Source of the DNA: Candidatus Omnitrophota bacterium
Lineage (GTDB): Bacteria; Omnitrophota; Gorgyraeia; B26-G9
Direction of reading: 5' to 3'
NCBI GenBank assembly: GCA_043805415.1
Contig: JAZDHZ010000039.1
Span: 14,554 to 78,553 of the forward strand
DNA length: 64,000 nucleotides
Below the pieces are notes generated by a model. It ran no database searches and was not told the origin of the DNA. It saw only the letters and a program-made list of their open reading frames with translations. Shown piece after piece: positions 19,333 to 28,949 of this stretch; the first letter of the stretch is position 1, and each line of letters begins with the position of its first letter. A program made the translations under genes and the position numbers.

Positions 19333-20792
19333 AGGTTTTACTCTTGAATTCTCCCTGGGTCAATAATGACACAGAATATGGGATCAAGTCAGGTACTCGC
19401 TGGGCAGCGGTCAGAAAAAAAGATAGAACAATGCCGTATTTCCCTTTTCCGTATTTTATGGCTATGGCCAAAACATATCTAATAAAAGCAGGGATCGACG
19501 CGCATATTAAAGACGCGGTTGCTGAGGAACTCTCGGGTGAACAATGCCTTGAATTTGTAAGGTGTATGAAACCGGAGGTGCTGCTTATTGAGGTCTTTAC
19601 GCCTTCGATCTATATTGATCTGTCTTTTGCTAAGCAAGCCAAAGAACTGAGTTCCTGCTTTATTGTATTTTGCGGAGCGCACGCGACGGCTTTGCCTGAA
19701 GATATGCTGAAAAATGATTTTGTCGATTTTGTTCTATTGGGAGAATATTCAGATAGCTTAAGGCAATTATGTCAACAGCTGTCCGGGCCTGATCCTGAAT
19801 TCGCGGCTATTGGCGGCCTGGGCTACAAAGACAAAGGCCGTATTGTTATAAATTCTTTTCAGAATTCCCGCTCTGATTTTGACGCGGTAGTTTATCCCCA
19901 AAGGGATGAACTACCCATGGAAAAATATAATGAGCCTTTAAGTAAAAACCATTCCAATGCCAAAATTGTAACAAGTAGGGGATGTCCCTACGCGTGCATG
20001 TTTTGCGTGGAACCTTTGCTCTATAAAAAAAATTACCAGCAGAGATCAATAGATAATATTATTGCCGAGATCAAAATGCTGCAGGAAATGTATGGCATAA
20101 AAGAGATAATTTTTGATGACGCTTTATTTACGATCTCCCGCGCCAAACAAATTGCCAAGGCAATTCTGGAGAATAAAATTGATATTGCCTGGTTATGCTG
20201 GATCGATTGGAACATCAGCTTTGATGATCTTAAACTTATAAAAGAGAGCGGTTGTATTGCTGTAAAATTCGGAATAGAATCCGCGGATTTTAAAAAGGTT
20301 AAGCTTATCGGAAAAAATCTAGAGCCCGAGAAATTAGAACAGCTTATAAAAAACTGTAAAAAATTAAAAATATTGGCACATGCTTCTTTTATGCTTGGTT
20401 TGCCTGGTGAAACCAGGAAATCGTTACAGGATACGGTAGATTTCGCGTTTTCCTTAAATCTGGATTCCTGTCAATTTACTATTGCTACTCCTTTGCCTGG
20501 TACTGCTTTTTATGAAATGGCAGTTAAAAATAAGTGGTTGATAACCGATGATTGGGCGAAGTTTGATAGTTTGCAGAGTTGTGTCCTTAAATATCCGGGT
20601 TGTGATCCGGAAGATGTGGTTAGGGCAATGGAACAAGTAAGGCAAAGAAAAATAAGGCTGTTTTTCAGCAATCCATTGCTGGCACTCAGATATATTTGGA
20701 AAATATTCAAATTAAAAGGGGTTAAAGGGTTTGGCAAAGAGGTAATAACTAAAGGAAATTTTGTTTTGAAATCCATGCTGAGATTGAAATGA
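19329..20792 (+). CDS. B12-binding-domain radical SAM enzyme (class B-like), a candidate sugar C-methyltransferase or modifying enzyme
   Basis: An N-terminal Rossmann-like B12-binding-type domain is followed by a radical SAM core with the CxxxCxxC motif 'SRGCPYACMFCVEP'. It is translationally coupled within the glycan locus (ATGA overlaps on both sides). Confidence 0.75.
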   Translation: MKVLLLNSPWVNNDTEYGIKSGTRWAAVRKKDRTMPYFPFPYFMAMAKTYLIKAGIDAHIKDAVAEELSGEQCLEFVRCMKPEVLLIEVFTPSIYIDLSFAKQAKELSSCFIVFCGAHATALPEDMLKNDFVDFVLLGEYSDSLRQLCQQLSGPDPEFAAIGGLGYKDKGRIVINSFQNSRSDFDAVVYPQRDELPMEKYNEPLSKNHSNAKIVTSRGCPYACMFCVEPLLYKKNYQQRSIDNIIAEIKMLQEMYGIKEIIFDDALFTISRAKQIAKAILENKIDIAWLCWIDWNISFDDLKLIKESGCIAVKFGIESADFKKVKLIGKNLEPEKLEQLIKNCKKLKILAHASFMLGLPGETRKSLQDTVDFAFSLNLDSCQFTIATPLPGTAFYEMAVKNKWLITDDWAKFDSLQSCVLKYPGCDPEDVVRAMEQVRQRKIRLFFSNPLLALRYIWKIFKLKGVKGFGKEVITKGNFVLKSMLRLK

Positions 20793-21721
20793 AGTGTATT
20801 GATGGTATAAAATTTGTGTTTCGTTCAAGAGGGCTAAAAAAAGGGCTTGCCAGAATATGGTTTATTCTGCGGCGGTTCGGCTTTACGCCTTTTAAACAGG
20901 TAAAATGTCTGAAATACTATATAGCATTACTGCGAAAATATCAGATAAGAGCAAACTTTTTTATCCCTGCTGTGATCATAAAAAAATACAGCAAAACGAT
21001 AAAGGGGTTAAACGCGGATAGTATAGAATGGGGTATTCATTCTGACGCGCATACTGATCTGTCCGTGTTAAGTGAAAATGAGCAAAAACAGCATGTTTCG
21101 AACGCGATAGAAATTTTCGATAGGCTCGCGATCCCTTTTTTGGGGTTTCGCGCGCCCTATTTAAAGATCAATGAAAAAACCCTGGAGGTTTTAGCCCAAG
21201 AGAAGAGATTTCTCTATGATAGTAGTTGGACCGTATTGTGGGAGCAGATCTATGATGAAAGAAGATATTCTTATTCCTGGGCAGCAAATTTTTATAAACC
21301 AAAACTTAGCTGTTTGCAAAAGTCAAAGCCGTTTAAGGTGAATAGTATTTTGGAAATACCTGTGTCTTTGCCTGATGATGATATTTTAGTAGATAGAGAT
21401 AAAATGGATGTACAAGAAGTGTCGCGAATGTGGAGCCAAATGCTTGAAGCATGTGTTAAAAGAAATGAATTGTTCGTATTGCAGCTTCATCCTGAACGTA
21501 TATTTGATGTTGCTGAAGCATTGGAAGATTTGATAAAAAAAGCGAAAACATTTGATCCTCCGATATGGATCACCACTTTAGGTGATATTGCCAAATGGCA
21601 TAAAGATGAGTTTGATAATAATAAGCCTTGGCCTGATCCTTATGAGGCGGCATTATGTATCAGCGGCGATATTGATACATTGACAATATTTGATTTTCTC
21701 GATAGACTGAGAACGTGGTAA
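20789..21721 (+). CDS. divergent polysaccharide deacetylase-like (NodB/CE4 homology) protein
   Basis: CE4 motif 2 'HSDAH' and motif 3 'RAPY' are present. The canonical motif 1 TFDDG is replaced by 'NFFIP', so activity and specificity are uncertain. Confidence 0.45.
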   Translation: MKCIDGIKFVFRSRGLKKGLARIWFILRRFGFTPFKQVKCLKYYIALLRKYQIRANFFIPAVIIKKYSKTIKGLNADSIEWGIHSDAHTDLSVLSENEQKQHVSNAIEIFDRLAIPFLGFRAPYLKINEKTLEVLAQEKRFLYDSSWTVLWEQIYDERRYSYSWAANFYKPKLSCLQKSKPFKVNSILEIPVSLPDDDILVDRDKMDVQEVSRMWSQMLEACVKRNELFVLQLHPERIFDVAEALEDLIKKAKTFDPPIWITTLGDIAKWHKDEFDNNKPWPDPYEAALCISGDIDTLTIFDFLDRLRTW

Positions 21722-21775
21722 AACTATTTAAAAACATTTTATTCATTAACATTTACTTTAAAATTCATTAATTTT

Positions 21776-22420
21776 ATGAATGGAAATAAATTCCAGCTTA
21801 TAATAAAAAAGGTCATTGACATATTACTCGGGTGTGTATTGTTAGTATTAACAGCGCCGGTTTTTATTATTATAGCCGCGGCGATTAAGCTTAATTCTAA
21901 AGGTAAGGTGATCTTTAAGCAAGAGCGGATTGGAAAAAATAGAAAAAAGTTTAATTTTTATAAATTTCGCACTATGGATGAAAACTGCGGCGATACACTG
22001 CACAGAAAAACCATACATTTTTTAATGACTAATGATATTCAACAGGTCAAGGCCAAGAAAGAATTATTTAAATCCGCGGATGATCCGAGAGTGACTGCTG
22101 TGGGTAAATTCCTGCGTAAGTGCAGTTTGGATGAATTGCCGCAGCTTTTTAATGTTATAAAAGGCCAGATGAGTTTGGTCGGGCCAAGGCCGGCTATTGA
22201 GTATGAACTGGAGTATTATGATGAAATTATGCTCAAAAGATTCTCGGTTATGCCCGGCATAACCGGTTTGTGGCAGATAAGCAGCTGTCCAAAATTTAAT
22301 TATCGGCAAATGGTTAAAATGGATCTATTTTATATTAAAAACTGGTCACTGCTGCTGGATCTTAAGATTTTTTTAAAAACTTTCTTAGTTGTTTTTAAAA
22401 AAAGAGGAGTAACTCTCTAG
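21776..22420 (+). CDS. undecaprenyl-phosphate sugar-1-phosphate transferase (small PglC/WbaP-C-type priming transferase)
   Basis: It has one N-terminal TM helix plus the 'bacterial sugar transferase' domain ('KFRTM...DELPQLFNV', 'MSLVGPRP', 'PGITGLWQ'). Confidence 0.85.
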   Translation: MNGNKFQLIIKKVIDILLGCVLLVLTAPVFIIIAAAIKLNSKGKVIFKQERIGKNRKKFNFYKFRTMDENCGDTLHRKTIHFLMTNDIQQVKAKKELFKSADDPRVTAVGKFLRKCSLDELPQLFNVIKGQMSLVGPRPAIEYELEYYDEIMLKRFSVMPGITGLWQISSCPKFNYRQMVKMDLFYIKNWSLLLDLKIFLKTFLVVFKKRGVTL

Positions 22421-22434
22421 AAAATGAGGTGAAA

Positions 22435-23442
22435 ATGGTTAATGTCGGATTGATTGGTTATGGTTATTGGGGGCCGAATTTAGCTAGAAATGTTTATGGG
22501 GATTTTGACTGCGAACTTAAATGGGTTTGCGATGTATCCGCAAGCCATTTAAAGTTATGTAAAAAGCGATACCCGCATGTTGAGGTTACCAGAGACTATA
22601 CGCGGCTGCTTAAAGATAAAACATTAGACGCGGTGGTCATATCTACCCCTTTCTTAACGCATTATGAAATAGCCAAAAAAGCGCTTTTAGCGGGAAAACA
22701 TGTTTTAATCGAAAAGCCCTTTGTGCACAGCATTAAAATGGGGGAAGAACTTATTAATATCGCAAAGAAAAACAAACTTGTTCTTATGATTGGATTCACG
22801 TTTTTGTATAGTCCTCCTGTGTTGAAAATAAAAAAGTTAATTTCCGATAAAGAATTAGGGCCGATCATGTATATTAATTCTACCCGGGTCCACTTTGGAC
22901 ATTTAAAACAGAAAGAAAGCGTGGTTGGTGATCTAGCCTCACATGATCTATCCATCATCTTATTCTGGCTGAAATTTAAAAAATGCCTGGTTAGCTGCTC
23001 CGGAAGCGATGGTTTTAAGCGGGGCGCTCCTGATACAGCTTATATTGAACTTAAGATGCCGAATGGGGCAGGTGTTTATATATTTGTGAGCTGGCTTGCT
23101 CCGATCAGAATGCGTAATATGTTAATTACAGGCAAGAAGAAGATGGTGTTTTTTAATGATACAAGGAACACAGAAAAAATTAAAATTTATGATCAGAGCG
23201 CGCATATCGCGAATCCAACTAGTTTTGGTGAATATCAGCTTACCTATAGAAAAGGAGATATAAACTCGCCCTATTTAGACGCGGATGAGCCATTGGCTAA
23301 GGAAATAAGTGATTTTGCGACTAGTATTAAGCAGTCTAAATCTCCGCGAAGTGACGGGCAGTTAGGCTTAAAAGTGATTAAGCTGCTTGAGGGAGCACAA
23401 TTATCCTTAAAAAAACAAAAGACTGTGAGCGTGGAATTGTGA
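22435..23442 (+). CDS. Gfo/Idh/MocA-family NAD(P)-dependent sugar oxidoreductase (WbpB-like)
   Basis: The ATG at 22435 has a GAGG RBS; a GTG alternative exists at 22429. It has a Rossmann motif 'VGLIGYGYWGPN' and the conserved 'EKP' motif ('VLIEKPF'). Confidence 0.75.
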   Translation: MVNVGLIGYGYWGPNLARNVYGDFDCELKWVCDVSASHLKLCKKRYPHVEVTRDYTRLLKDKTLDAVVISTPFLTHYEIAKKALLAGKHVLIEKPFVHSIKMGEELINIAKKNKLVLMIGFTFLYSPPVLKIKKLISDKELGPIMYINSTRVHFGHLKQKESVVGDLASHDLSIILFWLKFKKCLVSCSGSDGFKRGAPDTAYIELKMPNGAGVYIFVSWLAPIRMRNMLITGKKKMVFFNDTRNTEKIKIYDQSAHIANPTSFGEYQLTYRKGDINSPYLDADEPLAKEISDFATSIKQSKSPRSDGQLGLKVIKLLEGAQLSLKKQKTVSVEL

Positions 23443-24068
23443 ACAATATGATCTATGAAAATGTGAGTATCGGTAAAAACACAATTACAGATACTCCCTG
23501 CATTTTAGGCATGCCGCCAAGAGGAAAAACCCCAGGTCAATTACCATTAAAAATCGGCGCGAATTCGCGGATTAGGTCATTTACTGTTATTTACGCGAAC
23601 ACGAAAATCGGTAGAAATTTTGAGACTGGAATAAGGACAACTATTAGAGAAGATAATATTATCGGTAATAATGTCAGGATCGGTACGTCCAGCATATTGG
23701 AATGGGGAAATAGGATCGGTAATAATGTTAGAATTCATAGCAGATGTTTTTTAGAAATGGCACGTATAGAAGATGATGTTTTTGTTGGCCCCGGGGTTAT
23801 AATGACAGATGATATTCATCCGCCTTGCCCGAAGTATAATTTGTGTAAAGCAGGCGTAGTGATCAGAAAAAACGCAAAGATCGGGGCGGGAGCGATATTG
23901 CTGCCAGGGGTTAAGATCGGAAGAAATGCTTTGATCGGAGCAGGCTCTGTGGTGACAAAAGATGTTAAGGCTAATGAAGTAGTCGCGGGTAATCCGGCCA
24001 AAGTTATAAAAAAAATCAAAGATCTAAAATGTATAAAAGGGTATTTTTCCAGGCCATACAACTGGTAG
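23439..24068 (+). CDS. hexapeptide-repeat (left-handed beta-helix) sugar N-acetyltransferase (WbpD/PglD-like)
   Basis: It has multiple imperfect hexapeptide repeats ('IGNNVRIGTSSILEWGNRIGNNVRIHSRCFL...'). The start is a GTG at 23439 or an ATG at 23448. Confidence 0.7.
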   Translation: MNNMIYENVSIGKNTITDTPCILGMPPRGKTPGQLPLKIGANSRIRSFTVIYANTKIGRNFETGIRTTIREDNIIGNNVRIGTSSILEWGNRIGNNVRIHSRCFLEMARIEDDVFVGPGVIMTDDIHPPCPKYNLCKAGVVIRKNAKIGAGAILLPGVKIGRNALIGAGSVVTKDVKANEVVAGNPAKVIKKIKDLKCIKGYFSRPYNW

Positions 24069-24119
24069 AATCTGCATTATTAATGGGTTGAGCATTATAG
24101 GTTTTTTTGGAGGCTGATC

Positions 24120-24824
24120 ATGAAGCGTGTACTGGCTGCTGTTTTCCTGATATATATTTTTATAAGCTGTTTATCGGCTCAGTGTCTGGCGGTTGACTCT
24201 TATGAAGGGAGTTTTACTTATATTATCGGCCCGGGAGATGAGCTGGAAATAAAGGTTTGGCGTCACCCTGATTTAACAACCGAGGTAAGAGTAAGACCGG
24301 ACGGTAAGATTTCATTTCCTTTAATCAATGAGATTTTCGCGGCCAATCTTACCCCGGAACAGCTAAAACAAAAAATAGCGCGAGATATTAGTAATACCAT
24401 AAGAGATCCGAATATTATCGTAAATGTAAAAAGTTTTAAGAGCAAGAAGATCTTTGTCTTGGGAGAAGTTAATATTCCGGGAGTATATCCATATGAAGGA
24501 CGAGCCACGGTATTAGAAGCGATCAGCAAGGCGGCTGGTTATAAAAAGGACACCGCGGCTTTAAAAAGTGTAATTATTATAAGCAGAGGTTATACCTCAA
24601 AGCCGGAGGCTAAGCGCGTAAATGTTTGGGATATTATCCATTCCGCGAAAGTTGAAAATGATATAGTGCTCGATGCCGGAGATGTTGTTTTTGTTCCGAC
24701 TACATTTATTGCCGACGTGAACACTTTTATTGATCAGTTTTTTACTAAAACAGATCCTGTTTTAAAATATTATCTGGACATTATTGATATTGATCAGAGA
24801 ACTCCAGCAGGGAGATCGCGATAG
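24120..24824 (+). CDS. polysaccharide export protein (Wza/GumB family; Poly_export + SLBB)
   Basis: It has a signal peptide and the conserved 'YIIGPGDELEIKVW...RPDGKISFPLI...LTPEQLKQKIA' Poly_export signature. At 234 aa it is short and lacks the Wza C-terminal helix. Confidence 0.8.
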   Translation: MKRVLAAVFLIYIFISCLSAQCLAVDSYEGSFTYIIGPGDELEIKVWRHPDLTTEVRVRPDGKISFPLINEIFAANLTPEQLKQKIARDISNTIRDPNIIVNVKSFKSKKIFVLGEVNIPGVYPYEGRATVLEAISKAAGYKKDTAALKSVIIISRGYTSKPEAKRVNVWDIIHSAKVENDIVLDAGDVVFVPTTFIADVNTFIDQFFTKTDPVLKYYLDIIDIDQRTPAGRSR

Positions 24825-26233
24825 TGAGTGGAGTAATAATAAGTACTTTTAAAAGAAGAAAATTTTTTATAATCGTATTATTTTTTGGCTTAGTTGTTTA
24901 TTCAACAGCTAAGGAACTATATGACGGTTATTATGAAGCAAAGACTGTTATCATGATCGATTATAAAAAAAGTCCTACTTCGGCTGAAAGCAGTTATCAA
25001 ATGGCTGAACAAGTAGTTGGAGCCGTAATGGTAAATATGCAGCTGCTTAAAAGTCCTGAGGTTTTAAGGAGTGTAGTGGAAGATCTGCGCTTATATGAAG
25101 AGGTAAAAGACTTTGTTAAGTTTGCCGGATTCAAATTTGACCGGCCCAAAAGCAGAGAAAATAAAATAAGAATAATGCAGGAAATATTGGATAAGAAATT
25201 GATAAAAGTAACATCCGCGCCGTTCACAAATATTATTAATATCACGGTTAGACATAAAAAAGCGGAAGTAGCGGCAGATGCAGCGAATACTTTAGTTAAT
25301 AATTATAAAAAATGGGTTGTGGAGCTTAGTCATCGCGAAGTTGATACATTGATTGAGTATTTAAACCGCGAAGTTACGCTTGCTTTTTCAAAGCTGAAAG
25401 AGTCAGAGGAAGAATTAAGGAAATTCGAGGAAAAAAATAAAATAGTTTATTTGCCGCGGGAAATGGATGATTATATTAAAAAAAAGGAGGGTTTGGAAGA
25501 GAAATTACAACAGTCCCAGATAGAAGAGGACGCGGTCATTGATCAAATAAAGCTGTTAAAAAATAAACTTAATACCCTGACCGATAGCAAAAGTGATAAG
25601 GTTGCCAAAACGACATATTCTGTTACAGCGGTTAATAATCCTATTATTCAAGCTTATGAAGAACAATTAATGTCTCTTAAGATAGAGATGAGCCGTTTAA
25701 AAGAACTTTATGCTGATGAAAGCATTCAAGTAAGATATATGCAGGCGAGAATTATTGATCTTGAGGTAAAGATTGATAAAACTATCGTTCAGCTGTTTAA
25801 ATCGGAATTTTCTTTAGCGACTCTAAATCCGGTGTACGAAGAATTGGTCATGGAGATAATGCGGAAAGAGACGGAGGCTGTTTTTGTAAAAGCGGAAAAA
25901 GCAGTTATCATCAAATCTTTAGCGCTGCATGAAGATAAACTCAAAAGCTTTCCGCAAAAGCAGATGGAATTAGCAAGCTTGAACCGCCAGGTAAAATATC
26001 AGGAGGAAGTATATTTTTTATTGCTGGAAGAACAGAAGAAGGCACAGCTTCTCAGAACAAAAGACACCAGAGAAGACATAAAATTAATCGCCCCTGCCTT
26101 GGTACCTTTAAAAACTAATTTTAGATTTATTAAAACATTAGTAAGATGGTTTTTCGCTTTTTTATTTTCCGTGTTTTTTGCTTTTATTTTAGATCTTAAG
26201 AGGCTATGCGGTGCTTATTCTGGAAAAAATTAG
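24824..26233 (+). CDS. polysaccharide co-polymerase (Wzz/GumC-like chain-length determinant, no kinase domain)
   Basis: It has TM helices at the N- and C-termini and a long periplasmic coiled-coil region between them. Confidence 0.6.
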   Translation: MSGVIISTFKRRKFFIIVLFFGLVVYSTAKELYDGYYEAKTVIMIDYKKSPTSAESSYQMAEQVVGAVMVNMQLLKSPEVLRSVVEDLRLYEEVKDFVKFAGFKFDRPKSRENKIRIMQEILDKKLIKVTSAPFTNIINITVRHKKAEVAADAANTLVNNYKKWVVELSHREVDTLIEYLNREVTLAFSKLKESEEELRKFEEKNKIVYLPREMDDYIKKKEGLEEKLQQSQIEEDAVIDQIKLLKNKLNTLTDSKSDKVAKTTYSVTAVNNPIIQAYEEQLMSLKIEMSRLKELYADESIQVRYMQARIIDLEVKIDKTIVQLFKSEFSLATLNPVYEELVMEIMRKETEAVFVKAEKAVIIKSLALHEDKLKSFPQKQMELASLNRQVKYQEEVYFLLLEEQKKAQLLRTKDTREDIKLIAPALVPLKTNFRFIKTLVRWFFAFLFSVFFAFILDLKRLCGAYSGKN

Positions 26234-27698
26234 ACCTGGCAGCGGCTTCCTGCAGGCATTATTGGCGGGATTGTTTCTTTTTATCGGCATTGGCCTTATC
26301 TATTGTGATTTATGGGGATTAGGGCTCGGGCTTATTCTTGGAGTTATCGGGCTGTTCTTTATTTATTGGGATGTAAAAAAAACAGTCCTTTTCTTGATAG
26401 TATTAGCTCCTATTTCCAGATTTCCTTATTTGACCGAGCATCTCGCAGTCATTAAATTCATACTGTTTAGTGTGGTTTTTATAGCGTGGTTGATTAAAAA
26501 AGAATTTAAAATTAAGGATCTATTGCTCAGCACTCCTCTAACAATAATTTTTGCCGTATTTTCCCTTTTAATTCTAATAAACATGTCGATTGCTTCTAAT
26601 TTTGCTTACGCGTTGCCGATAGTTATTACTCATTTTATAGGATTTTCATTTTTTTATGTATTCATAGATTTGTTTCATGATGAAGATTTTTTAAAAAAAG
26701 CATTTAACTTCATGCTGATTTTAGGTGTGCTTATTGGTTTGCTCGCGTGCCTGCAATATTTCATAGTGAAATACAGGATATTTCTTAATATAATGAGTAT
26801 TTTTCTGCCTAAAAGTTTTGACATTGGATTACAGTTACAGCCTATGTATCAATTTTCTCAACAGGGATTTCGGAGTATCGGGACTTTTTTCCATGCTAAT
26901 ATGTTAGGGATATATTTGTCTATGATTTTCCCTTTGAACCTGGTATTTTTAATCACTGCCTCAAAAAAATGGAAGAAACTGTTTTTAACAATAGGGTTGA
27001 TCTTAATTGTTTCAGGCATATTTTTCAGTAATTCAAAAGGGGCAGCTTTGAATATACTGATCAGCTTAACATTCATCATAATAGTTTTTAGGAAAAAGAT
27101 ATCTAAAGCCTGGCTATTCTCGGTTTTAGGGATTTTTCTCGTAATATTGTTTTTCTACTACAACAATTTCCAAACATATTACCGGATTAGCCAGGGGATT
27201 AGCTCCAGACAAATAATTTGGCATAATTCAGTCAGCTTATTAATCGAAAGGCCTTTCTGGGGATGCGGATTGGGAAATTTTTTTAATGAATACGTAGGCA
27301 GGTTTGGATTGATTAGCCTGAAGGATTTTAGAATAGCATTAGCAAGTATTGTGATCGATAGAAATATGTCGATTTTACAATCCTATACCGGCCATAATGT
27401 TTTTTTAAATTACGCGGTGGAAATGGGAATATTCGGGGCAGGCTTAATAGGATATTTTTATTTTCTCTATTTAAAATTATGCTTTAACTGCTTGAAGCTA
27501 AGAGGCATTATGAATGATTTTGACTTTGAGATATTAGTCGCTTGTACTGCCATGGGCATGGGTAATTTCGCGCATAGTTTTTTCGAAACAATAACAAATT
27601 TTTATGCTTTATCGCTGTCTTTTCCGTTTATAATTATGATCGCGGGCGGGATGTGGATAGTTTCTAAATATAAAACACGGACACTTACTGACAAATGA
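26211..27698 (+). CDS. O-antigen ligase/Wzy-type polysaccharide polymerase family membrane protein
   Basis: The 495-aa protein has more than 10 TM helices and a large loop late in the protein, as in Wzy_C/O-antigen ligase proteins. Confidence 0.55.
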   Translation: MLILEKIRPGSGFLQALLAGLFLFIGIGLIYCDLWGLGLGLILGVIGLFFIYWDVKKTVLFLIVLAPISRFPYLTEHLAVIKFILFSVVFIAWLIKKEFKIKDLLLSTPLTIIFAVFSLLILINMSIASNFAYALPIVITHFIGFSFFYVFIDLFHDEDFLKKAFNFMLILGVLIGLLACLQYFIVKYRIFLNIMSIFLPKSFDIGLQLQPMYQFSQQGFRSIGTFFHANMLGIYLSMIFPLNLVFLITASKKWKKLFLTIGLILIVSGIFFSNSKGAALNILISLTFIIIVFRKKISKAWLFSVLGIFLVILFFYYNNFQTYYRISQGISSRQIIWHNSVSLLIERPFWGCGLGNFFNEYVGRFGLISLKDFRIALASIVIDRNMSILQSYTGHNVFLNYAVEMGIFGAGLIGYFYFLYLKLCFNCLKLRGIMNDFDFEILVACTAMGMGNFAHSFFETITNFYALSLSFPFIIMIAGGMWIVSKYKTRTLTDK

Positions 27699-28948
27699 AA
27701 ATTTCCCATAATATTAAATCTATTTTTCAAAACAGTTTTTGGATTTTTCTTTCAAAGATTATAATCCCTGCTTGTTTTTTTATTTTAACCGTGGTGATCG
27801 CCCGAAGGCTTGGCGCTTATGCTTTGGGGAATTGTGCTTTTGTTTTAACTTTATTTTATGTCTTCGAGCTCATTTGCTGTTTAGGGATGGATAATCTGGT
27901 TATAAGAGAAGTAGCTAATGATAATCAAATTGCTGAAAAGTTCCTGTCTTCCGGAGTGATCATAGGATTTTTTTCCGCTTTTGTTTGTTATTTTTTAATG
28001 GTGGGAATTACTTTTATCGGACAGTATCCCTTATTGACAAAAAAGTTAATTTTTATCATTGGCGTCGGCTTGTTTCCGGGGTTTATTAATTATTTAGCCG
28101 AGTCGATATTTATCGGGCTGGAAAAATCCAAATACCTTTTTTTTGGTGTGCTTATAAAAGCAATCGGGATATTGCTCTTTAGTTTATTCTTTGTACTTAT
28201 TGGGTGGAAACTCTATGGGGTTATGTTAGCGATAGTTATCGGCTACATCCTATCAGCTGTTTTTTTGATTGGTTGTTTCCTGCGTGAAAAAATAAAAATT
28301 GATAAAATCATAGATAAAGAATTTATAAAAAAGTTTAAGGATGTTTTTTCCACATTTTTTTTGATAAATATTTTAGTCAGTATTTTTTATGCTGTTGATA
28401 TTATTATTATTTCTAAAATCGTTAGCATTGAAGATGTGGGTATTTATAGCATCGCTAAAAGGGCGGTTCGCATGGGGTTTGTGTTTGTCTTTAGTATTGT
28501 TACCGCTTTATTTCCAATTATCTCTAAAACAATTTTTTCTAAAAGAAATGATTTCCGGATAATTTACGGAAAATCATTAAGGTTGATTTTTCTTCTGAGT
28601 TTTGGTTTAACGATGATTCTAATATTGATCTCAGCGCCTTTTATTTTGTTTGTGTACGGAGACGCTTACTCTAAGGCTATACAGCTATTTAGAATATTGT
28701 CGTGTAATATAATTTTTTTAAGTTTGTCATTTCTTTTTTCGCGCTTTATAATTTCTGCCGGGCAGCAATCAAAGGATCTGCTGGCATTAGGATTGAGTTT
28801 GGGATGTCTGTTTATCTTAGCGCCGGTTTTTACTTATAAATGGGGGATTACAGGCATGGCTTACGCGAGTTTAATCGCGCAGATTATTTTATGCGGCATA
28901 CATTATTATATATTAAAACAGTATGTAATCGTAAATTTAAAGGAGTGA
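27695..28948 (+). CDS. Wzx-type flippase (MOP/polysaccharide biosynthesis protein family)
   Basis: The 417-aa protein has about 12 TM helices and the typical N-terminal 'FWIFLSKII...' of polysaccharide biosynthesis (PST) proteins. Confidence 0.65.
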   Translation: MKISHNIKSIFQNSFWIFLSKIIIPACFFILTVVIARRLGAYALGNCAFVLTLFYVFELICCLGMDNLVIREVANDNQIAEKFLSSGVIIGFFSAFVCYFLMVGITFIGQYPLLTKKLIFIIGVGLFPGFINYLAESIFIGLEKSKYLFFGVLIKAIGILLFSLFFVLIGWKLYGVMLAIVIGYILSAVFLIGCFLREKIKIDKIIDKEFIKKFKDVFSTFFLINILVSIFYAVDIIIISKIVSIEDVGIYSIAKRAVRMGFVFVFSIVTALFPIISKTIFSKRNDFRIIYGKSLRLIFLLSFGLTMILILISAPFILFVYGDAYSKAIQLFRILSCNIIFLSLSFLFSRFIISAGQQSKDLLALGLSLGCLFILAPVFTYKWGITGMAYASLIAQIILCGIHYYILKQYVIVNLKE

Positions 28949-28949
28949 T